Virus record (IMG/VR): IMGVR_UViG_2896601577_000003
From: a virus
Lineage: Duplodnaviria > Heunggongvirae > Uroviricota > Caudoviricetes
Length of the DNA stretch: 37,046 nt
Strand: one strand, 5' to 3'
In this document: one piece after another, positions 28,624 through 37,046 of the stretch
Position numbering within the stretch: the stretch's first letter is position 1
How the letters are laid out: each line of letters starts with the position of its first letter
Made by a program: the position numbers and the translations under genes
The notes under the pieces: generated by a model
What the model was told of the DNA's origin: nothing
What the model saw: the letters and a program-made list of their open reading frames with translations, nothing else
The model's database searches: none

Positions 28624-29680
28624 TGAGCAGAAAAAATAAAAAAGTGCGCATGAGTTCACGCATTGATCTCGCTGATGCGCTCAGGAAAGAATCATCGCTC
28701 AGTGCATTCACATTTGATGGTCCTTATCGCCTGACCGGGCATGACCTGCTGGACAATATGTACTGTGCTGATAACGGGCGGTGGTATGAACCCCGGTGGA
28801 CTGGTACGGTCTGGCAAGAGCTGCCCGGCAAACGTCTTGGCATCAGTCTGCGCTTTACTTTAAGCGCAATGTATTGCTCGGTTGCTACATCCCGCACCCG
28901 CTGCTTTCCCGGTAGGATTTCTCGGCGCTGGCGCTGGCGCTGGCGCTGGACTGGTTTGTGTTCGGTAACGCATTCCTTGAGCTTCGAAGCAATATGCTCG
29001 GCGAACCGCTTAAATTACGGCACGCCCTGGCGAAATACATGCGACGCGGAAGCGATCTTGAATCATGGTGGTATGTGCAGGATGGCAAGGATGCGTTTCA
29101 GTTTCGCCCAGGCAAAGTGTGTCACCTGATGAATCCTGACATTAACCAGGAAATCTACGGCATGCCGGAATATCTCGGCGCATTACTCTCGGCCAGCCTG
29201 TCTCATTCGGCGGACATGTTCAGAAAACTGTATTACGACAACGGATCCCACGCCGGGTGCATCATCTACATCGGTGCCGCGCAGGTAAACCGCGAAAGCA
29301 TGGACTCCCTGAAAGAAACGCTACAGGGTGCGCGTGGTGGTGGTGCGTTTAAAAACGTGCTCATTCATGCGCCCAACGGGGGCAAAGAGGGGGTGCAAAT
29401 TTTGCCGTTCCAGCAGATCACCGCAAAGGATGAGTTCATGAATGTTAAGGCGGCATCCCGTGATGATGTGCTGGCTGCGCACCGCGTTCCGCCGCAACTG
29501 ATGGGGGCGATGCCGGGTGAAAAAAGTGCGTTTGGTGATGTGGAGAAGGCCGCGCGGGTTTACGCAATTAACGAGCTGATGCCCGTCATGGAGGCCATGA
29601 AGCACATCAATGACTGGCTTGGCGAAGAGGTGATCCGCTTTAACCCTTACGCACTGTTAGACATCCAGCCCACATCCTGA
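28623..29680 (+). CDS. Q: Portal protein (P2 gpQ-like), split into two overlapping ORFs
   Basis: ORFs 28623..29129 and 28958..29680; start overlaps the P stop (TGATG). Frame break between about 28800 and 28915. Confidence 0.85.
28924..28947 (+). repeat. (GGCGCT)x4 hexanucleotide tandem repeat inside the portal gene
   Basis: Four perfect tandem hexamers, encoding (AL)4 in the downstream portal frame and RWRWRWRW in the upstream ORF frame. Confidence 0.85.
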
Positions 29681-29699
29681 CGCGCTTCGCTTGTCTGCT

Positions 29700-30160
29700 G
29701 CTTCGCCGGGGCATAAAAAATTTATGCCCCGACTCTCCAGCTCCTGTATCAGTCAGATAATTTCACGACGCCTTCCAGTTTATCGCCACCATCGACGGTC
29801 AGACTCTTACGCAATCCCACCGCGTTGACTGCATGTTCTCGCCGCCTCAGTGCGATTTTGACGGCCTTACCTTTCACCCCATCAAATCAGAATCCCTCAC
29901 GTATTTTTCACGCTCAGCGTGAGAAATACGGCCATTCTGTCGTGTCGCTGCGACATCGTTAAGGGAACGCTATTTACCCCCTGAAACGCGGGCTGTTCCC
30001 CGTCACCTGCGCGCAGAAAAAGCGCGTTTTTTTGTGCACGCACGGATCCTTGACGGATCCAGCCGCCACGCGGGCTGGAAGGGCAAAAATTCGTTCAAAA
30101 AAATTGTGCAAATTTGTGCACTATTGTGCAGCAGGGCGATGTGCGATTATCGCCCTAGTT
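29700..30160. other. Non-coding cos-proximal region (packaging site presumed here by synteny)
   Basis: About 470 bp with no convincing ORF, between the portal gene and the early-region cargo. Contains a perfect 10-bp-stem hairpin (29708-29730), a near-palindrome (29904-29926), direct ACGGATCC repeats (30042-30049, 30053-30060) and phased TTGTGCA repeats. I could not match the P2 19-nt cohesive end from memory. Confidence 0.3.
30104..30130. repeat. Three direct TTGTGCA repeats with exact 10-bp phasing
   Basis: TTGTGCA at 30104-30110, 30114-30120 and 30124-30130, followed by a 7-bp-stem hairpin GGGCGAT…ATCGCCC (30134-30155). Confidence 0.7.
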
Positions 30161-30169
30161 TGAGGGGGA

Positions 30170-30760
30170 TCAGGTGTTATTTTTATCTGTCGTCAGTGGG
30201 CTAAACCATCCACAATTTACATCGCATGACTGATGCGTTCTGTCCTCGTGTTTCTCCTGCCACAATGCTTTTCCGCCAGCCTTTATGATGGCTCTTTCAA
30301 CATCCCGCTCGTATCGCAAGGGCTGAAATACGTCATTAATGAAATATTCGCTTATGTCCGGAAGCGATACTGCAAAATTATTTGTTTGTTGCGCCGTCCT
30401 GCTATGCAGCAAAGCGGCATGCTTTAATGCGTCCTGTGCTTTCTGGAATTTAAGTGCATAGTCAGTGGCGATTTTTTCCAGTTCAGCGATTCGGTTGTCT
30501 TTGGTTTCCAGCCAATCAAGTAGCGCCAATACTTCAGGATCCCCGACATCCAACACTGTTACGCGTGATTTTTCATAATGTTCGTCAGCAAGAGTTCGGC
30601 CAATTTTGAAATCTCCATCATCACCATAACCGGAGCAGGCATAAACAACCTGTGCTCCAGATATTCGCTGAATTGACATTTCCTCGCCGCAAATAGGGCA
30701 TTTCGGTACTGGCACAGGTGAATAACGTTCACGTAATGCCTGATAGTTGATTTCGCTCAT
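30170..30760 (-). CDS. Hypothetical 196-aa protein with N-terminal zinc-ribbon-like motif; last gene of the early-strand operon next to cos
   Basis: MSEINYQALRERYSPVPVPKCPICGEEMSIQRISGAQVVYACSGYG… (C-x2-C … C) plus a C-terminal …HQSCDVNCGW. No family recognised. Confidence 0.55.
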   Translation of the reverse strand: MSEINYQALRERYSPVPVPKCPICGEEMSIQRISGAQVVYACSGYGDDGDFKIGRTLADEHYEKSRVTVLDVGDPEVLALLDWLETKDNRIAELEKIATDYALKFQKAQDALKHAALLHSRTAQQTNNFAVSLPDISEYFINDVFQPLRYERDVERAIIKAGGKALWQEKHEDRTHQSCDVNCGWFSPLTTDKNNT

Positions 30761-30823
30761 TAAGTCGTTCTCCTTGTTTATGTTCTGAGGTGGAGAGCAG
30801 GGCGAACTCGCCCTGATGTTGTG

Positions 30824-31135
30824 TTATTCAGGAAATAACGCCCGGATATTTCCGGCCATCTGACTGGTTATCTGTGCGGTTGATACTGGCTGTGATGTGG
30901 GGCGTTCTGTCCTGGTTTGTGTCACTGATAACGCTTCATCACCAGCCCATGCAGCCAGTCGATAAGCCTCTGCCGGATTCATTTTCAGAAGTGCCAGCCC
31001 GGCCAGAAAAGCCACGCGTTGGCCGCTTTTGCGGGCTTCTGGTGTAAGGCTGTCCAGCCAGGCGCATGCTTCTCCTTCGTTCTTGACGGCGGTGGGCTTC
31101 AGATAGAAACTTATCCGTCTGGTTGGAGTCGTCAT
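30824..31135 (-). CDS. ParR-like partition adaptor / centromere-binding protein
   Basis: From ATG at 31135: MTTPTRRISFYLKPTAVKNEGEACAWLDSLTPEARKSGQRVAFLAGLALL…IRALFPE resembles plasmid R1 ParR as recalled (…IAFKLNP…LDSIP…ALTAGLALY…LRSLFP). Start lies 4 nt after the parM-like stop with AAGGAG upstream. The ORF-track start at 31270 is an upstream extension. Confidence 0.65.
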   Translation of the reverse strand: MTTPTRRISFYLKPTAVKNEGEACAWLDSLTPEARKSGQRVAFLAGLALLKMNPAEAYRLAAWAGDEALSVTQTRTERPTSQPVSTAQITSQMAGNIRALFPE

Positions 31136-31139
31136 TGGT

Positions 31140-31745
31140 TTACTCCTTGTCCATTGCGTACAGCCCATTAACCAGAGCAAACTGTGGCACCCCGTCCGCG
31201 ATGAAAGTCGCATTAACTCCGCAGGCTTCGCGGATAGCGGGTGCCACAATCTCCGCCCCTCCACCGACAACCATCACCCGCCCGTAACCCGAAAAACCCG
31301 CCAGCGCGCGGATCACGCGTTGTTTCAGTGTTTCTTCCTTTTCACGAATTACCGCCATAAGGCTGGCGTAATGCGCGTCATTGTGGATGTGCTGGCGCAG
31401 CCAGGCTTCATCATGGCGATGTTCGATAATGGTATTGGCGATGTGGTGACTGGTGCGCATACCGTTAGTGGCCATCACCGACAGTACGGCATCGGCCATC
31501 AGAGAAACGCCCACGTGTGGATCGCAAAACACCTGGCTGATACCTGCCAGTTGCCCCTGAACCTTTGCCACATCCAGCGTGGTTCCGCCCAAATCCACAA
31601 TCAGCAGGGATTCAAACGGACTCATGTCAGCCAGTGCCTTAAAGCCAGCCGGAATGGATTCAGGCATAACCCGTACGTTACGGATAGTGAATGCTTCGCC
31701 GTTCTGGTACTCCACCGGGCGCATGACGTTCGCTTTTTTGCGGTT
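31140..31745 (-). pseudogene. ParM/StbA-like actin-fold ATPase, C-terminal ~200 codons only (5' end removed at the IS911 junction)
   Basis: …SLLIVDLGGTTLDVAKVQGQLAGISQVFCDPHVGVSLMADAV… and …GYGRVMVVGGGAEIVAPAI…VNGLYAM match the ParM phosphate-2 and C-terminal motifs. The first 5 codons of ORF 31140..31760 are encoded by the IS911 terminal repeat. Confidence 0.7.
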
Positions 31746-32902
<1,157 letters not shown>

Positions 32903-33167
32903 AACCGAAGAACACGGCGGTGCGGAGTCCGGAGAGTAACGGAATAGCAGAGAGCTTCGTGAAAACGATAAAGCGTGACTACATCAGTATCATGCCCAAA
33001 CCAGACGGGTTAACGGCAGCAAAGAACCTTGCAGAGGCGTTCGAGCATTATAACGAATGGCATCCGCATAGTGCGCTGGGTTATCGCTCGCCACGGGAAT
33101 ATCTGCGGCAGCGGGCTTGTAATGGGTTAAGTGATAACAGATGTCTGGAAATATAGGGGCAAATCCA
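32903..33167 (+). mobile_element. IS2 3'-terminal fragment (about 265 bp) abutting IS911
   Basis: Identical in content to 1464-1728 of the complete IS2 (InsD C-terminus …[28 protein letters not shown]… and right end GGGGCAAATCCA at 33167). Confidence 0.85.
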
Positions 33168-33366
33168 CTGCGGCACAGATCAGCTCGGAAAGTTCGTTAA
33201 GTGCATCCAGATCATCAGCGTAAAAAGCCACGTCATACAGACTTCGGATTGCTCTGGTCAATGAGTCACGGGCCGCACGTTCAGCATGAGCGCCTGATGC
33301 ACTTAAGCGAAAATAAAAACGCTCAAGTGCTTTGTTAATGAGAGTTTTATATTCTTTGCCCATCAC
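33168..33366 (-). pseudogene. Early-operon gene, 5' fragment truncated at the IS2 fragment
   Basis: ORF 33127..33366: MMGKEYKTLINKALERFYFRLSASGAHAERAARDSLTRAIRSLYDVAFYADDLDALNELSELICAAVD then an IS2-encoded tail. Confidence 0.4.
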
Positions 33367-33374
33367 AACGCCCT

Positions 33375-34010
33375 TTAATCTGCTTTCTGTATTTCAGCTT
33401 CTGAATCCATACAAATAATTTCGATATAGGGTTCATCGCCATTAACCTGGCGTGCCTTTTCAGCTTCGCTAATGATTTCTCGTACGGTCTGGTACGGAAG
33501 TTCCACAAGCAGTCGCGTGCCGTTCAGATAAACGTAAGTGGCTTCGTCGGCTCCGTTTTTACCCGCCGGAGTCACTCCGTCAATAGCGGATGCACGTAAT
33601 AACAGTTCACCGCGAAAATCAATAAAACGGATAAATACACCTTGTGCATGGTCTTTGGTCATAAAGCACCTGTTATAAATCAGTCTGTTTAATAAAACTT
33701 TGCCGCGAAGCAGACGATCAATCGTGCGAAGTGCTTCGTATAATGTGAAATCCTGCCCGAACTGATTGTCGCCACAGCTCAATGCAAAAATGCGGTTTCC
33801 GGTAAACGGATTGCGTGGGCATTTGTGGATCACGATTCCAGCTTTCTCAATCAGCCAGGTGTGCTCGCCGATTTGTTTTACTGGGTAGCCATCCTGCGTT
33901 GCGTGTGTATCACTCAGGCTGTAGCGGATGTTGCTGCGTGATGCACTGGTAGTGAAACGGTTAGCGTGGCGTTCTGTTCCGGTACGAAAATTACGGCGTT
34001 GCTTCAGCAT
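33375..34010 (-). CDS. Hypothetical early-operon protein (211 aa), in the position of P2 orf78/B
   Basis: Intact ORF downstream of the cox-position gene; no motif recognised. Confidence 0.45.
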   Translation of the reverse strand: MLKQRRNFRTGTERHANRFTTSASRSNIRYSLSDTHATQDGYPVKQIGEHTWLIEKAGIVIHKCPRNPFTGNRIFALSCGDNQFGQDFTLYEALRTIDRLLRGKVLLNRLIYNRCFMTKDHAQGVFIRFIDFRGELLLRASAIDGVTPAGKNGADEATYVYLNGTRLLVELPYQTVREIISEAEKARQVNGDEPYIEIICMDSEAEIQKAD

Positions 34011-34024
34011 AAAATGACACCTCG

Positions 34025-34303
34025 TTATTTTGTCATCTGCACGTATTTTTCTGCGCTCCTGATTGTTTTCAGGAAAAGAGCGAAGAGATTTACTGTGCGT
34101 CTTGAGTTCTTTTCATCTTGGTTGATGGGAATTGAACCTCTGTCAGCCTGTCTTTTCACTGTGTTAACAGCTTGGTTGGTACGCTTTGCGTAATCTTTCA
34201 GGCTTTCTTCAAGTACTGGTAACCCATGCTCATCGCGGTAGGGATAGAACGCTGCTAAACGCTCAAAGTCTGCCTGTTCGTGTGTGTTCAGGACTTTTGC
34301 CAT
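34025..34303 (-). CDS. Small early regulator in the Cox position (first gene of the early operon, divergent from C)
   Basis: 92-aa ORF, similar in size to P2 Cox (91 aa) but not recognisably similar in sequence. Assigned by position only. Confidence 0.4.
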   Translation of the reverse strand: MAKVLNTHEQADFERLAAFYPYRDEHGLPVLEESLKDYAKRTNQAVNTVKRQADRGSIPINQDEKNSRRTVNLFALFLKTIRSAEKYVQMTK

Positions 34304-34348
34304 GTGTGATAACCTGCGCTATCTGTGGTTGTTTGTGACTTGGTGTGC

Positions 34349-34388
34349 TTATAAGTACACCTTGTGCGCAAGCTTAGTGTACTTATAG
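34349..34388. promoter_or_regulatory. Candidate operator: 40-bp near-palindrome in the divergent cox/C promoter region
   Basis: TTATAAGTACAC…GTGTACTTATAG inverted arms (11/12) around the palindromic core CTTGTGCGCAAGC, centred between the divergent starts at 34303 and 34400. Confidence 0.4.
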
Positions 34389-34399
34389 GGACACTGTCA

Positions 34400-34708
34400 A
34401 TGCTTATCGGTGAAAAAATTAGAGTGATTCGTGAATCAGAGGATTTAACGCGCGAAGAATTTTGCGGCCTGATTGATGTGCCTATCGGCACTTTGCGTCG
34501 TTATGAAACGGGGCGGATTGAAAACATAGGGGGCGAAGTGCTTATCAAGATTGTTAATCACCCTCGCTTTTTTAAGTACATGAATTGGCTTATGACGGGA
34601 AAAACAAATGAGGCTGCTGGGCAGATCAGTCCCTCTCTCTCCCCTGATGGGCCAGAAAACACATCGTCTTCTCAAAAATCCCGCAAGACTGGTACACAGC
34701 CCGGCTAA
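34400..34708 (+). CDS. C: Immunity repressor (P2 C-like, HTH)
   Basis: From MLIGEKIRVIRESEDLTREEFCGLIDVPIGTLRRYETGR… to …QISPSLSPDGPENTSSSQKSRKTG; parallels P2 C as recalled (…SEKIVLMRKSEYLSRQQLADLTGVPYGTLSYYESGR…QIAPALAHFGQNETTSPHSGQKTG). The ORF-track start at 34364 is an upstream extension. Confidence 0.8.
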   Translation: MLIGEKIRVIRESEDLTREEFCGLIDVPIGTLRRYETGRIENIGGEVLIKIVNHPRFFKYMNWLMTGKTNEAAGQISPSLSPDGPENTSSSQKSRKTGTQPG

Positions 34709-34757
34709 TCATAGAACGCTGGGGCATGGTGGTCTTGTAACGCTGGGGTTTCACGAA

Positions 34758-36065
34758 TGAACCGCCCGGGAATCCTGGAGACTAAACTCCCTGAGAAAGA
34801 GGTAAACAGGATGACTAAAAATACTCGTTTTTCCCCGAAGTCCGTCAGAGGGCGATTCGTATGGTTCTGGAAAGTCAGGGCGAATATGACTCACAGTGGG
34901 CGGCAATTTGTTCCATTGCCCCAAAGATTGGCTGTACACCGGAGACTCTGCGTGTCTGGGTACGCCAGCATGAGCGGGATACCGGAGGCGGTGATGGCGG
35001 GCTCACCACCGCTGAACGTCAGCGTCTGAAAGAGCTGGAACGTGAAAATCGTGAACTGCGCCGCAGTAACGATATCCTTCGCCAGGCTTCCGCTTATTTT
35101 GCGAAGGCGGAGTTCGACCGCCTCTGGAAAAAGTGATGCCACTGCTGGATAAGCTGCGTAAGCTGTACGGGGTCGGACCGGTATGCAGTGAACTACATAT
35201 TGCCCCGTCAACGTATTACCACTGTCAGCAACAGCGACATCATCCTGATAAACGCAGTGCCCGTGCGCAGCGCGATGACTGGCTGAAGAAAGAGATACTG
35301 CGCGTATACGATGGGAATCATCAGGTATACGGTGTGCGTAAAGTCTGGCGTCAGTTGTTACGGGAAGGTATCAGAGTGGCCAGATGCACTGTGGCACGTC
35401 TCATGGCGGTTATGGGACTTGCCGGTGTTCTCCGGGGTAAAAAGGTCCGTACGACCATCAGCCGGAAAGCCGTTGCCGCAGGCGACCGCGTAAACCGTCA
35501 GTTCGTGGCAGAACGACCTGACCAGCTGTGGGTGGCTGATTTTACTTACGTCAGCACATGGCAGGGCTTCGTCTATGTGGCGTTCATCATTGATGTGTTT
35601 GCCGGATACATCGTGGGGTGGCGGGTCTCATCGTCCATGGAAACGACATTCGTGCTGGATGCTCTGGAGCAGGCGTTATGGGCCCGTCGACCGTCCGGCA
35701 CGGTCCATCACAGTGATAAAGGTTCTCAGTATGTATCGCTGGCCTACACACAGCGGCTTAAGGAAGCCGGATTACTGGCATCAACAGGAAGTACAGGCGA
35801 CTCGTATGACAACGCGATGGCGGAGAGCATCAATGGTCTTTACAAAGCGGAGGTAATACACCGTAAGAGCTGGAAAAACCGTGCAGAAGTGGAACTGGCC
35901 ACACTCACGTGGGTGGACTGGTATAATAATCGACGATTGCTGGAAAGGCTGGGCCATACTCCTCCGGCAGAAGCAGAAAAAGCTTATTATGCTTCCATCG
36001 GAAACGATGATCTGGCAGCCTGAGTTCACAGATAAAACACTCTCCAGGAAACCCGGGGCGGTTCA
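34758..36065 (+). mobile_element. IS3-family element (IS629-like, about 1.31 kb) inserted between C and int
   Basis: Imperfect terminal inverted repeats TGAACCGCCCGGGAATCCTGGAGA… (34758…) and …TCTCCAGGAAACCCGGGGCGGTTCA (…36065). orfA from about 34811 (MTKNTRFSP…, one frame break near 34840) and orfB 35133..36023 with a DDE domain; A AAA AAG slip motif near 35124-35130. Flanked by the direct repeat CGAA (34754-34757 and 36066-36069). Confidence 0.85.
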
Positions 36066-36068
36066 CGA

Positions 36069-37046
36069 ATGAGCATAAAATCAATTCTGGGAGGGTATCT
36101 TCTTGACATGTGCCCTGAGGGGCGTAAAGGCAAACGCATTCGCAAAAAATTTAAAACGAAATCGGATGCAGTTTTATATGAGCGGTGGGTGCTGGCGCAA
36201 CAGCATAACAATGAGTGGAAAGGAAACTCTATTGATCGCCGTCCTCTGTCAGTGCTTATTGACTTGTGGTGGAAATACCACGGCCAGCTAATGAAGTCAG
36301 GGCATAACACGCGCCTTAAATTGCTGCGCTTGAGTGAAGCAATGGATGACCCGTGCGTGCATAAACTTAATACAACGATGCTCACCGAGCTACGTGTGTC
36401 CAGGATAGAGCAGGGGATACAGCCCAGCACCATAAATCGAGAGATTGGGGCGTTAAGCGCGATGTTTACCGCACTCATCTCATCCGGCCATTTTCTTAAC
36501 GATAACCCCGTTCAAGGCCTTAAAGGAATGAAGGTTAAGGAGCGCGAAATGGGATATCTGAGTAAGTCTGAATGTGTTCAGTTGCTGGATGCACTGGCTG
36601 AAAATCCCGATGAACGACTGGCTGTCGAAATCCTTCTGTCGACCGGGGCGCGATGGGGCGAGGTAGCGGCACTGGAGCAGCGCCGTGTTCTTCATTGTCG
36701 AATCACTTTTTCAAAAACGAAGAACAGCAAAAACCGTACCGTTCCTATTTCTGAAAGCCTGTTTGAAAAGATCAAAAAACGGGGCGGGAAACTGGTGTTT
36801 CCGACGCTGGATTATTCATTGGTTCGCGATGTCATCAAAACGGTCGCACCTGATGTTCCTGACGGCCAGGCTGTTCATGCGCTGCACCACACCTTCGCCA
36901 GTCATTTCATGATGAACGGCGGCAATATTCTGACGCTCCAGAAAATTCTGGGGCACGCAAAGATTCAGACAACGATGATTTATGCCCATCTTGCGCCGGA
37001 TTACCTGCAGGATGCGGTGAGGTTTAATCCACTAGGAGGTGCTTAA
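36069..37046 (+). CDS. int: Tyrosine integrase (P2 Int-like)
   Basis: 325 aa ending …HALHHTFASHFMMNGGNILTLQKILGHAKIQTTMIYAHLAPDY… (R…H-x2-R…Y catalytic region); N-terminal …GRKGKRIRKKFKTKSDA… parallels P2 Int. Stop is the last codon of the window. Confidence 0.9.
   Translation: MSIKSILGGYLLDMCPEGRKGKRIRKKFKTKSDAVLYERWVLAQQHNNEWKGNSIDRRPLSVLIDLWWKYHGQLMKSGHNTRLKLLRLSEAMDDPCVHKLNTTMLTELRVSRIEQGIQPSTINREIGALSAMFTALISSGHFLNDNPVQGLKGMKVKEREMGYLSKSECVQLLDALAENPDERLAVEILLSTGARWGEVAALEQRRVLHCRITFSKTKNSKNRTVPISESLFEKIKKRGGKLVFPTLDYSLVRDVIKTVAPDVPDGQAVHALHHTFASHFMMNGGNILTLQKILGHAKIQTTMIYAHLAPDYLQDAVRFNPLGGA

Noticed and set aside
30104-30130. Possible CRISPR array suggested by short direct repeats
   Set aside because: Only three 7-bp repeats with 3-bp spacers and no cas genes; far too short and too regular for a CRISPR array.
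29680-30160. Exact P2-type cos cohesive-end sequence
   Set aside because: I could not find a match to the 19-nt P2 cohesive end as I remember it; cos is placed here by synteny only and not called as a precise feature.

Overview
This 37 kb window is essentially one P2-like prophage of an enterobacterial host, running from the ogr end (left, next to a chromosomal Hok-family toxin gene at 1-141) to the integrase gene, which ends exactly at the window edge. All calls are from reading the sequence and ORF track against protein families recalled from memory; no search or computation was run. The canonical P2 modules are recognisable: D, FI sheath, FII tube, E/E', T tape measure, U, a Gin/Pin-type invertase with an invertible tail-fibre cassette, H, I, J, W, V, S, R, LysC/LysB, endolysin, holin, X, L, M, N, O, P, Q, a cos-proximal region, a truncated early region, C repressor and Int. 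The prophage is heavily damaged by insertion sequences that I could delimit by their termini and mostly by target-site duplications: IS2 in ogr, IS1 in FII, a second IS1 inside the invertible tail-fibre cassette, an IS911/IS2 deletion scar in the early region (no replication gene A remains), and an IS629-like element at the int start codon. Many phage genes also carry single-base frame breaks, mostly at homopolymers, which may be sequencing artefacts rather than biology. The FI-FII-E-T-U block is inverted relative to canonical P2 gene order. Two accessory loci stand out. The best candidate for an undescribed system is an AT-rich ~3.5 kb island between D and ogr encoding a 952-aa membrane-anchored protein that I cannot assign to any family. 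The second is a ParM/ParR-like pair plus a 196-aa zinc-ribbon protein next to cos, at the position of the P2 old/tin hotspot. No rRNA, tRNA or CRISPR array was found.
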